Shown: positions 47,965 to 58,305, counted from the first letter of the stretch. The stretch is 64,000 nt of DNA from Candidatus Multivorans sp. (GCA_965247095.1 OZ251997.1:2624001-2688000), one strand, 5' to 3'. A program made the numbers and translations. Notes: a model not told the origin generated them from the letters alone.

Positions 47965-48962
47965 TGGCGGCAAGGTCCCTGGCCCGGCAGGTCGGCGTCG
48001 CGCCGGCGTGCCGGGCGCTGGGCGTATCGCGATCGACCTTCTATCGTCGTGCGAGGCCCGCTCCCGGGCGACGGCAGCCCCGCCCCACGCCTGCCCGGGC
48101 ACTGAGCCAGATCGAGCGGAAACGGGTCGAGGCCACGCTTGCGTCGCCGCGTTTCGTCGATCGTTCGCCAGGAGAAGTGGTGGCCACCCTGCTCGACGAG
48201 GGCCGCTACCTGTGCTCGGAGCGCACGATGTACCGCATCCTCGAAGCGAACCACCCCGTGAGGGACCGCCGCAATCAGCGCGTCCATCCGTCGTACGCCA
48301 AGCCGGAGCTGGTCGCTGTCGCGCCCAACCAGGTCTGGTCGTGGGACATCACCAGGCTGCTCGGACCGCAGACCTGGACCTACTACTACCTCTACGTCCT
48401 GCTTGACCTCTTCAGCCGCTACGCGGTCGGCTGGATGGTCGCCGACCGCGAGAACTCCGCGCTCGCCCAAAGGCTCATCGAGGAGACCTGCCTCAAGCAC
48501 GGCGTCAAGCCCCATGTCCTGACCCTGCATTCCGATCGAGGCGCCCCCATGACCAGCCAGGGTACCGCCCAACTGCTCGCCCGCCTCGGCGTGAACCGGT
48601 CCCTGGGCCGCCCGCGGGTCAGCGACGACAACCCCTACTCCGAAGCACAGTTCAAGACCCTCAAGTACCACCCCGACTTCCCCAGCCGCTTCCCCAACCA
48701 GGACGCCGCGACCGACTACTGCAGGTCCTTCTTCCCCTGGTACAACACGGAACACCGCCATGCCGGCATCGCCATGCTGACCCCCGAGACCGTCCACTAC
48801 GGCCGGGCGCAAGCCGTGATCGAGCAGCGCCAACGCACGCTGAGCGCCGCCTGGGAAAGCTCCCCCGAACGATTCGTCGGCGGCCAACCGATGCACACGC
48901 CACTGCCCCAGGCCGTCTGGATCAACAAGCCCGACAACGAGACTGCAGAGACGACTCAGTAA
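47964..48962 (+). CDS. IS3 OrfB DDE transposase
   Basis: PNQVWSWDIT, LHSDRG, DNPYSEAQFKTLKY, WYNTEHRH. Confidence 0.9.
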   Translation: MAARSLARQVGVAPACRALGVSRSTFYRRARPAPGRRQPRPTPARALSQIERKRVEATLASPRFVDRSPGEVVATLLDEGRYLCSERTMYRILEANHPVRDRRNQRVHPSYAKPELVAVAPNQVWSWDITRLLGPQTWTYYYLYVLLDLFSRYAVGWMVADRENSALAQRLIEETCLKHGVKPHVLTLHSDRGAPMTSQGTAQLLARLGVNRSLGRPRVSDDNPYSEAQFKTLKYHPDFPSRFPNQDAATDYCRSFFPWYNTEHRHAGIAMLTPETVHYGRAQAVIEQRQRTLSAAWESSPERFVGGQPMHTPLPQAVWINKPDNETAETTQ

Positions 48963-49106
48963 ATCCAGAACCCCGCTGTGTCAATGTCGTTGACAGGTTC
49001 CGGCCCGCCCACTAGTAGCAGTACGGATCAGATGCCGCGCTGCCGCGGGGAGCCTTTCGCTCGGCCCGACCACGCGGGCGCCGGCGAGTCGGACCGCTCC
49101 GCAGGC

Positions 49107-51053
49107 CTACATCCTTTCTGGCAACGGCACGCCGAGAATCGCGGCCAGCGCTTCGAGGGAACGCACGAAGATCTGCGTGGCGGCGAGACGCGCGTCGCGG
49201 AGATCGGCGTCCTGCTCGTGCAGGATGGGATGGCGGTGGTAGATGGCGTGGAACTTCTGCGCCAGGTCCAGCCCGTGCCTGGCGATCAGGGACAGTTCCA
49301 GGGTGGCCGCGGCGCGCTCGACGGTGTCCTGGCATTGCGAGGCGAGCAGAACCAGGTCCCAGAGATCGTCGGGCCATGCCTCGGTGGGAAGTTCCGCGGC
49401 GCGGCGCCCGCTCACTTCCTGCGGCAGGCCCTCTTCCACCAGGCGGCGGCGGATGTTCCGGGCGCGCACGATGGAGTACTGCAGGTACGGCCCCGTCTCG
49501 CCCTCGAAGGCCGTGGCTTCGTCGATGTCGAAGGCGATCACCCGGGTCGTGGTTGCCCGCACCATGAAGAAGCGCAGCGCCGCGGTGGCGATCTGGCGTG
49601 CCAGTAGCTCGGCGGCCTGGTCGTTCGCGTCAACGGCGTCGGATTCGCCGCGGCGGGCTGCGATCTCAGCCCGGCTCTTCGCCTCGAGATGGTCGAGCAG
49701 GTCGTCCGCCTTGACGCCGATGCCCTTGCGACCGGACATCTCCAGCCGCGCGGCGCCGCTGAAGCCGAGTTGTTCCGCGGTCCGGGCGGACAGGGCGACC
49801 ATCTCGTAGGCGAAGTGGACGCTCTCGCCGGCCTGGCGCGTGTGACCGAGCGCTTCCAGACCGGCGCGAACGATCCGCTGCAGGTAGGCCTGGCGGGCGT
49901 CGATCACGTTGATCACCCGGGCGCCGGCGCCGAACGCCGGCGCCTGTTCCCGCTCCGGGCCGCTCTGTGTGCTGGCCGGCGCGGTTTCCCACAAGGGTCC
50001 GTCGTCGAACCGGTTGTACTCGAAATCGCGGCCGAGCAGGCCGAACTTCCAAAGCTGGTACGCGATGTCCTTGCCCACGTAGGTCACCGTGCCGTCGGAC
50101 CGCACGATCACCTTGTCCGGATCCTCGAGACCCTGGAACTCCTCGCTCTCGGACAGCGGCATGACCCAGCAGCCGGCGTTCTTTCCGGTCTCCTCGAACC
50201 GCACCGCGCCGCTCTCCTTGAGTTGCTCGAAGGCGGCGACGAAGAAGTCCAGGCGCAGGATCTCGCTTTCCCGGGTCAAGAGGTCGTAGTCGATGTCGAG
50301 GCGGCGCATCGTCGCCAGGTGGCGGCTGACGACTCGTCGCGCGACCAGGCGGCCGGCCTCCGCCCTCCGGCCGTGGCCCGCTTCCAGGGCGTGGAGAGTG
50401 GTGCGCCGGAGCTCCAGCCGTTCGGGATCCGCTTCGTACCAGGGGCCGACCTCGCTGTAGACGTCCCAGCAGATGTAGTCGAACGGCTCGGGGAAGGCCT
50501 CGATGTCGGCCACCGAGCAGCCCCGGAGATCGAGAAAGCCGATCACCACGTCGGCGACCTGGACCCCGGTGTCGTCGATGTAGTTCTGGACTTCGGTGGT
50601 GCGTCCGAGAGCGCGGAGCGCGCGGGCCAGGACATCGCCGAGGACGGCGTTGCGCAGGTGGCCTATGTGTGCCGCCTTGTTCGGATTGATGTTCGTGTGC
50701 TCGACGATGACCTTCGCTGGCTGATCGCCGTCGCGCGAGGGCGCGACCGGAACCGCGTCGAGCATCGCGGCCGCGAATCCGGTCCGGTCGAGGTGGAAGT
50801 TGACGTAGCCCGGGCCTTCGACGGTGACCCGGTCGAATCCCGGCGGCACGTCCATGGCCTCGACCAGACGTTCCGCGATCGCGCGCGGCGCCTGGCGGAG
50901 TTCGCGCGCGAGGTGAAGAGCGCAGGGGCTCGCGAGGTCGCCCAGCCGCCGCTGGGGCGGTACTTCGACGGTCGGGTCGTGATCGAGCCCGAAGGCGTTG
51001 GAAAGGGCGCTTCGCAGCGCGTCGGCGACCAGGGATCTCTTGCGCTGCAGCAT
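49107..51053 (-). CDS. argS: Arginine--tRNA ligase
   Basis: GPGYVNF, EHTNINPNKAAHIGHLRNA, RSDGTVTY, MSGRKG, FEGETGPYLQYS, terminal PERM. Confidence 0.95.
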   Translation of the reverse strand: MLQRKRSLVADALRSALSNAFGLDHDPTVEVPPQRRLGDLASPCALHLARELRQAPRAIAERLVEAMDVPPGFDRVTVEGPGYVNFHLDRTGFAAAMLDAVPVAPSRDGDQPAKVIVEHTNINPNKAAHIGHLRNAVLGDVLARALRALGRTTEVQNYIDDTGVQVADVVIGFLDLRGCSVADIEAFPEPFDYICWDVYSEVGPWYEADPERLELRRTTLHALEAGHGRRAEAGRLVARRVVSRHLATMRRLDIDYDLLTRESEILRLDFFVAAFEQLKESGAVRFEETGKNAGCWVMPLSESEEFQGLEDPDKVIVRSDGTVTYVGKDIAYQLWKFGLLGRDFEYNRFDDGPLWETAPASTQSGPEREQAPAFGAGARVINVIDARQAYLQRIVRAGLEALGHTRQAGESVHFAYEMVALSARTAEQLGFSGAARLEMSGRKGIGVKADDLLDHLEAKSRAEIAARRGESDAVDANDQAAELLARQIATAALRFFMVRATTTRVIAFDIDEATAFEGETGPYLQYSIVRARNIRRRLVEEGLPQEVSGRRAAELPTEAWPDDLWDLVLLASQCQDTVERAAATLELSLIARHGLDLAQKFHAIYHRHPILHEQDADLRDARLAATQIFVRSLEALAAILGVPLPERM

Positions 51054-51193
51054 TGGAGGGGCGGAGTGTACCGAAGGCGGGCAATGGGCTCCGGTAGCAT
51101 GTTCACTGATCCAGGGAGCGCCGTGAACGAGAACCGCCATAGCCCCGCCCGGTCGGCCCGACTCCCGCTGGAACCCAGCACCGGGTTGGCGCC

Positions 51194-53053
51194 ATGACGG
51201 GTCTAAAGCGGCCGCTGCCGCCGACCGCGCCGGAGTCGCTGGTGGCTCGCCGCGTGCTCGTGCTGGCGCCCCACTACGACGACGAGGTGCTGGGCTGCGG
51301 CGGCCTCATCCTGCAACTGGCCGCGGGCGGCGCAAGGATCGTGTGTGCCTTCATGAGCGACGGTTCGGGCGGCGTGGAAGGACCGCCGGAGGGGGTGACG
51401 AGGGACCAGTACTCCAAGCGGCGAAGGGAAGAAGCGGATGCGGCCGCCAAAGTACTCGGTATCGGCAGCGTGGAGCATCTGGGTTCGCGCCACAGTCTGA
51501 GAGACGGCGCCATGGCCTCCTCCCTGGACCAATTGACCGGCCATATCGAGGCGTTGCTTCAGCAACACAAGCCGGACCTGCTGCTGGCGCCCTCGCCTCT
51601 CGAAGTGACATCAGATCATCAGACGGCGTTTCGCGCCCTGCACGAGGCTCTGATCAACCGCCGGCGAGGACGAACCCAAGGGGGAGAACCGCTTTTGAGT
51701 CAGGACGACGACTCATCGCCCGGCGATCTGGCGCTGCGTGTTCTCTGCTACGAGGTGAACCACCCCTTCTATCCCGACCTGCTCGTGGACGTGACGGCCG
51801 AGATGGAGGGAATCGCCGGCGCGATGTCCCACTATCGGAGCCAGTTGGACCGCCACGACTACATGGGTTCCTGTCGAGGCCTGCGCCGTTACCGGTCGCT
51901 CAGCCTGCCGGATCCATGCCGCTACGCCGAGGCCTACTGCCAGTTGAAGGCCAGCGACTTCACCACCCGGAGCCCGGCGCAACTGATCGCGTACCTGGGC
52001 GGCGCGCCTTCGCTGGTCGAGGTTGCTTCGCCCCGCCGGGTGTCGATCGTGGTCCGGACGTACAACCGGCCGCGGCGGCTGGCGGAGGCACTGGACAGCC
52101 TGGCGCAGAGCACCTACCGCAACGTCGAGCTGGTTCTGGTGAACGACGGCGGGCGGCGCCCCGAGGTGGCGGACGACTTTCCGTTCGAGGTGCGCCGCGT
52201 CGACCTGGACAGCAACCGCGGCCGGGCCGCCGCTGCCCAGGCCGGGGTGGAGGCGGCTTCAGGCGACTGCATCGGCTTTCTCGACGACGACGACCTGCTG
52301 GCGCCCGAGCACCTCGAAACACTCACCGCGCAGCTTTCCGGCGATGTCGAGGTGGCCTATACCGACGCGGCCGTGGTCAGCTACCAGCCGGGAAAGGGCG
52401 GTTGGGTGGAATGTGGACGGCGGCTTCCCTACAGCCGGGACTTCGACCGGGGAATCCTGCTACTCGACAACTACATCCCGTTCCACACCGTGCTGGCGAC
52501 GCGGGAGGCGATCAAGCGGGCGGGACCGTTCGACGAGCGGTTGCCGGTCTTCGAGGACTGGGACCTGTTGATCCGGTTGTCGCGTTCAACGGACTTCGTC
52601 CATATCGCGCGGACCACCTGCGAGTACCGTCATTTCCTGGGCGGTACGGCGGACGGCGCTCCGGGCGGGCATGCGCTCGGTGGGGCGGCCTCCGACCGCG
52701 GCGATTTTGAAACCCTGAAGGCGCGGGTCCTGAGCAAGCACGCGGCTGAACTCGACTCGGGCTCGCTGGCGCGGGCGGTGACCCGGATGCGGCGTCAGGC
52801 GGTGCTGGCGGGCGATGCGGCGCGGGCGGAGATTCGCGACCGCGAGGCGGAGCTGGAGCGGATGCAGGCGAAGATCGAGAGCATGCGGGCCTGGGAACGG
52901 GAGTTGGAGTCGTCGCACCGGGAACGCGGCGCCGAGATCCACAGGCTTCACGGTCGTGAGCGGGATCTGCTGGCCGAGATCGAAGCGATGAAGGCGACCC
53001 GGGTCTGGCGATTGCACGAACGTATGCAGTCTCTGCGTGGTGCGGGTGACTGA
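51194..53053 (+). CDS. PIG-L/LmbE de-N-acetylase fused to GT2 glycosyltransferase with C-terminal coiled coil
   Basis: LAPHYDDEVLGCGG...SDH...YRSQL; VSIVVRTYNR, VNDGG, FLDDDD, FEDWDLLIRL; heptad-rich tail. Confidence 0.88.
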   Translation: MTGLKRPLPPTAPESLVARRVLVLAPHYDDEVLGCGGLILQLAAGGARIVCAFMSDGSGGVEGPPEGVTRDQYSKRRREEADAAAKVLGIGSVEHLGSRHSLRDGAMASSLDQLTGHIEALLQQHKPDLLLAPSPLEVTSDHQTAFRALHEALINRRRGRTQGGEPLLSQDDDSSPGDLALRVLCYEVNHPFYPDLLVDVTAEMEGIAGAMSHYRSQLDRHDYMGSCRGLRRYRSLSLPDPCRYAEAYCQLKASDFTTRSPAQLIAYLGGAPSLVEVASPRRVSIVVRTYNRPRRLAEALDSLAQSTYRNVELVLVNDGGRRPEVADDFPFEVRRVDLDSNRGRAAAAQAGVEAASGDCIGFLDDDDLLAPEHLETLTAQLSGDVEVAYTDAAVVSYQPGKGGWVECGRRLPYSRDFDRGILLLDNYIPFHTVLATREAIKRAGPFDERLPVFEDWDLLIRLSRSTDFVHIARTTCEYRHFLGGTADGAPGGHALGGAASDRGDFETLKARVLSKHAAELDSGSLARAVTRMRRQAVLAGDAARAEIRDREAELERMQAKIESMRAWERELESSHRERGAEIHRLHGRERDLLAEIEAMKATRVWRLHERMQSLRGAGD

Positions 53054-53098
53054 CGGCCGGCTCGTTCGGGAACGAATGAGGGCGACTGGAGGTAGCCG

Positions 53099-54373
53099 TT
53101 GAAGCGTGTCGCCCTGGTGTGCAGCGAGGCGCTGGGAGACCGTGCGGCCGGCATTGGAATCCGCTACCTGGAAATGGCCCGCCGTCTTCCCGACTTCGGA
53201 TTCCAGGTCGTCCTCGTGTCTCCCTGGCGCTCCGGGCAGTCGCCCGACGCCGGGAGCGGGCCGGCTGAAGCGCGCCGGTTCGATTCCGCACCGCTGCCCG
53301 AGTTGCTAGGGGACTGCGACGTCGCTGTGGCCCAGGGACAGTTGGCCAACGACGTGCTCCATGAGCTACCCGAGTTGCCGACCGCTATCGATCTCTACGA
53401 TCCCTTCCTGGTCGAGAACCTGACCCACTTCGACACCTTGGGACTCGATCCCTACCGGAACGACCACCAGACCTGGGTTCATCAACTGGCTCGCGGCGAT
53501 TTCTTCCTCTGTTCCTCGTCGGAGCAGCGCACTTACTACCTGGGCTTCCTGACCGCCCTGGGGCGGGTGAATCCACACCGCTACCGCGATGATCCGAGTC
53601 TCTCCGGCCTCATCGTCGAGGCGCCCTTTGGAGTGCCGGATCCGTTGCCCGACTACCGGCCGGTGTTGCCGCCGCGGGTCCCGGACGAACGGCGGCTGTT
53701 GTTCGGTGGGCTGTACGACTGGTACGACCCGGCGCCTCTGCTGGAGGCCTTCGCCTCGCTGTCCGAGGCGAACGCGCGCCTTCTGTTCGTTCGGCAGCCC
53801 CCGGGGGCGCAGGCGCCTCAGCGGCTGTTGGCAAAGGTGGAGGCGCTGAGTCGGCGTCAGGATCCGGACCGCATCGGTTTCCTCGAATGGGTTCCTTTCG
53901 AGCGACGCTACGACCTGCTGCGGGACGTGGACGCGCTTGCGGCCTGCCATCGACCGGGACTGGAAACCGACCTGTCGCTGCGCACCCGGTTCGTGGATGC
54001 CCTCGCGGTCGGCTGTCCGGTGCTGACCACCGAGGGCGGCACCGTGTCCCGCCTGCTGCAGGAATGGGACGCCGGCCTTGTCGCCCCGTGCGGCGATGTC
54101 GACGCGCTGAGGGCCGGCCTTGCCGAGTTGGTCGCCGGTGGACCGGAAGTCGAGGCGCGGGCTCGTCGCGGCCGGGAGAGGGCCCTGGCGACGTTCTCCT
54201 GGGAGCGCAGCCTGGCGCCGCTTGCGGCCTTCCTGGAGTCTCCGCGGGTCGATCCCACCAAGGAAGAGTTCGCTTTCGTGCCGTCAACCGGGGCCCCGGC
54301 CGACGAACTGGGGTTCCGGCTGCGGCGCTGGCTTCGGACGCGTCTGGTGGGAGCGCAGGCGGCCGGCAGATGA
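53099..54373 (+). CDS. GT4-family glycosyltransferase
   Basis: IDLYDP, LLFGGLYDWYDP, SLRTRFVDALAVGCPVLTTEG, FSWE. Confidence 0.8.
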   Translation: MKRVALVCSEALGDRAAGIGIRYLEMARRLPDFGFQVVLVSPWRSGQSPDAGSGPAEARRFDSAPLPELLGDCDVAVAQGQLANDVLHELPELPTAIDLYDPFLVENLTHFDTLGLDPYRNDHQTWVHQLARGDFFLCSSSEQRTYYLGFLTALGRVNPHRYRDDPSLSGLIVEAPFGVPDPLPDYRPVLPPRVPDERRLLFGGLYDWYDPAPLLEAFASLSEANARLLFVRQPPGAQAPQRLLAKVEALSRRQDPDRIGFLEWVPFERRYDLLRDVDALAACHRPGLETDLSLRTRFVDALAVGCPVLTTEGGTVSRLLQEWDAGLVAPCGDVDALRAGLAELVAGGPEVEARARRGRERALATFSWERSLAPLAAFLESPRVDPTKEEFAFVPSTGAPADELGFRLRRWLRTRLVGAQAAGR

Positions 54374-55728
54374 TGAGCGGACCCACCGCCGGTCGGAAGC
54401 GGATCGACAGTGTCGACGTGCTGGTGGTGAGCTGGAACGGCCGCCACCACCTGGAGACCCTGCTGCCGGCGCTCGAGGCCCAGCAGGTTCCCGGCGCCGT
54501 GGTGACGGTCAGGCTGTTCGACAACGGTTCGACCGACGGCACGGTGGCCTGGGTTCGGTCCGAGCACCCGCGCGTGGAGGTGCTGGCGAACCCGACCAAC
54601 ATCGGCTTCAGTGTCGCGAACAATCGACTGGCAGAGCAGAGCAGCGCCAGCGCCCTGGCGCTGGTCAACAACGACACCCGGCCGCGGCCGGACTGGCTGG
54701 CCCAACTGGTTGCGGGGTTGGGCGGAGCGCCGGCCGACGTCGCGGCGGTTTCCGGCTGCATTGTCGACTGGAAGGGCAACCGGCTGGACTTCGGCCGGGG
54801 CGTGATGACTTTCGACGGCCACGCGTTCCAGCTCGACTACCACCGACCCCTGGCAAGGGTCGAGATGCCGGAAGAGGGCAGTGAGTTGCTGTTCCCATGC
54901 GGCGGGAACATGATCGTCCGTCGTGACGTCTACCTCGCGGCGGGCGGCTTCGACGAGACGTACTTTGCCTACCTGGAAGATGTTGATCTCGGCTGGCGGT
55001 TGTGGTCGGCTGGAGAGCGTGTGCTGTCCGCGCCGCGGGCAGTCGTCCACCATCGCTCGATGGCCACCAGCAAGCTGCTGGGGAACGCGAACCGTGGACT
55101 GCTGTTCGAGCGCAACGCCTATCTGACCGCGTTCAAGAACTACGATGCGGAGCTGTGGCCGCAACTGATGCCAGTCGTGCAGATGACGCTGATCGCCCGC
55201 GTCCAGTACCTGCTCGCCAACCGCAACCCGCACGGTCAGGAGTTGGCCGTCGACCCGTACGGCGCCCCGGCGGAGGGGTGCGGCGGTGCTCCCGCCGGGA
55301 GCGTTGGTGGGGCCGGCGCCGCTTCTGGCGCGAGGCAGTGGCCGCTCGTCGGCGCCGGGCCGCGCGACGCCTGGGAGCGGCTACGGTCCGTCGTCGCACT
55401 CCGCACCAGGCTCAGGCGGTTCGCGCGACCGCACGCCGGACTGCCCGATGGCGTACCCGCCATTGTCGACGAGCAGACTCTGGCTCACGTGCGGGCGGTG
55501 TCTTCGATCGTCCGCGGACTCGACGGCGCGGCTGAACGCCGGCGCCGGATCCAGGCCAGGCGCCGGCGGCCGGACGGTGAGATCTTCGAGCGTTTCCCGC
55601 TCTACCTGGTGCCGACCTATCCGGGCGACGAAGAACTGTTCGAGAGCGTCGGCTTCGAGTCCATGTGGCCGGAAGGGCTGATGCTGGTCCGTCGCACCCT
55701 GGAGGAGATCATGGAGGTGGAGCGGTGA
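54370..55728 (+). CDS. GT2-family glycosyltransferase
   Basis: VVSWNG, DNGSTDGT, NIGF..ANN, VNND, GGFDETYFAYLEDVDLGWRL. Confidence 0.9.
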   Translation: MMSGPTAGRKRIDSVDVLVVSWNGRHHLETLLPALEAQQVPGAVVTVRLFDNGSTDGTVAWVRSEHPRVEVLANPTNIGFSVANNRLAEQSSASALALVNNDTRPRPDWLAQLVAGLGGAPADVAAVSGCIVDWKGNRLDFGRGVMTFDGHAFQLDYHRPLARVEMPEEGSELLFPCGGNMIVRRDVYLAAGGFDETYFAYLEDVDLGWRLWSAGERVLSAPRAVVHHRSMATSKLLGNANRGLLFERNAYLTAFKNYDAELWPQLMPVVQMTLIARVQYLLANRNPHGQELAVDPYGAPAEGCGGAPAGSVGGAGAASGARQWPLVGAGPRDAWERLRSVVALRTRLRRFARPHAGLPDGVPAIVDEQTLAHVRAVSSIVRGLDGAAERRRRIQARRRRPDGEIFERFPLYLVPTYPGDEELFESVGFESMWPEGLMLVRRTLEEIMEVER

Positions 55729-56705
55729 CCGGGCCGCCGGCCTGGACCGTCGTCATTCCCACGTTCAACCGCCTTGCGGCGCTCGAGGAGGTTCTCGAGG
55801 CGTTGGACGGTCAGGAAGGACCGCCGTTCGAAGTCCTCGTGGTGAACGACGGCAGCACCGACGGCACGGCCGCCTGGCTGGATGAACGGGTCGCCGACCG
55901 CCACGGCGCCGCGCCCGGACTGCGGGTCATCCACCAGCAGAACCAGGGGCCGGCGGTAGCGCGGAATCGAGGGGTGACGGCGGCGCGGGGACGCTGGGTG
56001 GCCTTTCTTGGTGACGACACTGTCCCCTCGCCGGGATGGTTGGCCGCGCACGACCGGGTCCAGAACGGGGATCTCGCGTGTTCTGTTCGGGCCTCTGGCG
56101 GCTGCGTCGGAGTCATCGGTCGTACGGACTGGCACCCGCGCATGCGCCGAACACCCTTCCTCGACTACATCAACGAGCAGGGACTTCAGTTCGGATTCGC
56201 CCTGATCGAGGACGAGGACAACGTGCCGTTCAACTTCTTCTACACCTCGAACCTGTCGGTCGACCGGGAGGCCATGGCCGCTGAGCCGTTCGACCCGGCG
56301 TTCCCTTTCGCGGCCTGGGAGGATGTCGAGGCGGGCTACCGGCTGGCGGCACATGGCCTGCGGCTGCTCTACCGGCCCGCGGCCCGCGTCGCGCACGACC
56401 ACCCGACCGATCTGACGCGGTTCGCGAAGCGGCAGTACCGATCGGGATACTCGGCGGTCGTGTTCTTCCGGCGCCACGAACAGCTCGGGCCCTTTCTGGG
56501 GATGCAGAACGGCAAGCCCCCTTCGGCGGGAGGCGCCGGGGAGCGAGTTCTGCTGTGGGCCCAGGAGCGGTTGGCGCGGGCGTTGCAAGGAATGCCGGTC
56601 AGACTGCCACGGCTTTGGGAGAAGACGATGCGACATCACTATCTGGAAGGACTGAGGAACGGCTGGTCCGATGGCGTTGGTCTGGACCGGGGAGAGGCAT
56701 CATGA
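55725..56705 (+). CDS. GT2-family glycosyltransferase
   Basis: VVIPTFNR, VNDGSTDGT, NQGPAVARNRG, FLGDD, WEDVEAGYRL. Confidence 0.9.
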   Translation: MTGPPAWTVVIPTFNRLAALEEVLEALDGQEGPPFEVLVVNDGSTDGTAAWLDERVADRHGAAPGLRVIHQQNQGPAVARNRGVTAARGRWVAFLGDDTVPSPGWLAAHDRVQNGDLACSVRASGGCVGVIGRTDWHPRMRRTPFLDYINEQGLQFGFALIEDEDNVPFNFFYTSNLSVDREAMAAEPFDPAFPFAAWEDVEAGYRLAAHGLRLLYRPAARVAHDHPTDLTRFAKRQYRSGYSAVVFFRRHEQLGPFLGMQNGKPPSAGGAGERVLLWAQERLARALQGMPVRLPRLWEKTMRHHYLEGLRNGWSDGVGLDRGEAS

Positions 56706-57658
56706 GGGGACGCCGGCCCTGCACGTTGATTTGCCGGTGGTCGTCGCCGGTGGTCGCCGCGCTGCTTGGACTGGGGCTTGTCGCCAGCGCGGAGGCGACC
56801 CCAGGCGCGCATGGGGCCGTGGCCGGGGTCGCCCCTGCGGTGGCGGTCTCGGCGCCGGTCGCTGCCGCCGCCAGCGACCGGGGCGAACGCCGGGAAGGCA
56901 CGCGCGCCGGACGCCGAAGCCGTTCGCGGGCGGTCTATCGCCCCTACTACGGTTCGTTCGGCCGGTACGGCGGCTTCGGTGCATTCTGGCCCTACTACTT
57001 CTCGCCCTACGCCTTCGGCCAGTACGGTCCCTACGCCTGGGGACGGGGTCCGGCCGGTTTTGCTGTGCCGAACGCGGGCGCGCTGGATATCAACACGAAA
57101 CCCAAGAAGGCGTCGGTCTACCTCGATGGCGAACTGATCGGGCGCGTCGGTTCGTTCGACGGCTTCCCTGGCTATCTCTGGTTGCGTGAGGGCAGCTACC
57201 GGCTGGCGATCTTCATGGAGGGCCATGAGACCCTGGAACGGAGCATCAGCGTTCATCCCGGCCTGGTGATCAAGATCGACGAGGATCTGGCGCCGGGTGA
57301 CGCGGTTCAGCCACAGCCGGCCGCGCCCGCCCTTGTCGCCCCCCGTGCCGCCGAACGGACCGCGCCTCCCGGCGAGCCCTGGAGGGTCGAGAAGCGTGGC
57401 CAGCCGATCGAGCAGGATCAGCGGAGCGAGCCGGCGCGCCTGATGGTCGAGGTGCAGCCCGCCGATGCGGTCGTCTACCTGGACGGGAGGCTGCTGGGTA
57501 GCGGCGCCCAACTCGCGAATCTCCATTCGCCTCTGATCATCGACCCGGGCGCCCACCGCCTGGAGGTGACCCGCCCCGGCTACGCGTCCGAGGTGCGCGC
57601 GTTCGAGGCCGCCAGGAGCGAAGACGTTTCGCTGCACATCGAACTTCGGCAGGAGTGA
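56702..57658 (+). CDS. Exported PEGA-domain protein with Tyr/Gly-rich segment
   Basis: Signal peptide; two PEGA-like units (PKKASVYLDG...GSYRLAIFMEGHE; PADAVVYLDG...GAHRLEVTRPGY). Confidence 0.78.
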   Translation: MRGRRPCTLICRWSSPVVAALLGLGLVASAEATPGAHGAVAGVAPAVAVSAPVAAAASDRGERREGTRAGRRSRSRAVYRPYYGSFGRYGGFGAFWPYYFSPYAFGQYGPYAWGRGPAGFAVPNAGALDINTKPKKASVYLDGELIGRVGSFDGFPGYLWLREGSYRLAIFMEGHETLERSISVHPGLVIKIDEDLAPGDAVQPQPAAPALVAPRAAERTAPPGEPWRVEKRGQPIEQDQRSEPARLMVEVQPADAVVYLDGRLLGSGAQLANLHSPLIIDPGAHRLEVTRPGYASEVRAFEAARSEDVSLHIELRQE

Positions 57659-57698
57659 CGCGAAACGGCGGCCTGTCAGGCCCCGTGCGGCATCCGCT

Positions 57699-57727
57699 TG
57701 GACACAAAGAAGCCGCCATGCTACCAT
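57699..57727 (+). promoter_or_regulatory. Sigma70 promoter for ogt
   Basis: TGGACA-17 bp-TACCAT with an extended TG. Confidence 0.6.
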
Positions 57728-57747
57728 GATTGGCTGTGGTCCAAGAG

Positions 57748-58305
57748 ATGGTGAGCCTTGTGCAGGCGCCGGTCGGTGCGCCGGTCTGGCCTGCGGCGCG
57801 CACGGTTGAGCCACTCCGAGTCCTGATCCCTTCACCGCTCGGCGCCCTGGGGCTTGAGTTCATGGGTCGGCTGGTGACGCGTCTGGTCATCGATCCGGCG
57901 CGCTCAGAGAAGGCCCTGTTCCCCGCGCTCGGCGCGATGAAGACGACCGACTTCATCGACGAGGCGCTGGGCCGGCTGTCCGAGTACTTTGCCGGCGCGC
58001 GGCGAAACCTCGATTTGCCCTATGACCTTGACCGGATCGGCTTGGACTCCCTCTCGCGCCGGATCTTCCAGGAGACGGTGCGGATTCCCTACGGTTTGAC
58101 CCGCACCTACCGCAACGTGGCGACTTCATCCGGCCGGACCGGGGCGTACCGGCTGATCCGGTCGAAGCTGATGGCCAACCCGTTGCCGATCCTCGTGCCG
58201 TGCCACCGTGTCGTGCCGCGCCGGAGCGGCCCGGGTACCTACATCGGCGGTGCGGAACGCAAGGCCCAGTTACTCGCCCTGGAGCGGAGCAACACTGCCA
58301 GCTAG
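57748..58305 (+). CDS. ogt: Methylated-DNA--protein-cysteine methyltransferase
   Basis: SPLG, LSEYFAG, IPYGLTRTY, NPLPILVPCHRVV. Confidence 0.88.
   Translation: MVSLVQAPVGAPVWPAARTVEPLRVLIPSPLGALGLEFMGRLVTRLVIDPARSEKALFPALGAMKTTDFIDEALGRLSEYFAGARRNLDLPYDLDRIGLDSLSRRIFQETVRIPYGLTRTYRNVATSSGRTGAYRLIRSKLMANPLPILVPCHRVVPRRSGPGTYIGGAERKAQLLALERSNTAS

Larger units (their letters stand above)
47405..49002 (+). mobile_element. IS3-family-like insertion sequence; ends approximate
   Basis: Imperfect IRs CTGCCAACGTACGTGACACAGCGG / CCGCTGTGTCAATGTCGTTGACAG around orfA-orfB. Confidence 0.8.

Noticed and set aside
47640-47970. Programmed -1 frameshift in the IS3 element
   Set aside because: The break lies inside orfA without a slippery A-tract; orfA and orfB are joined by TGATG coupling instead.
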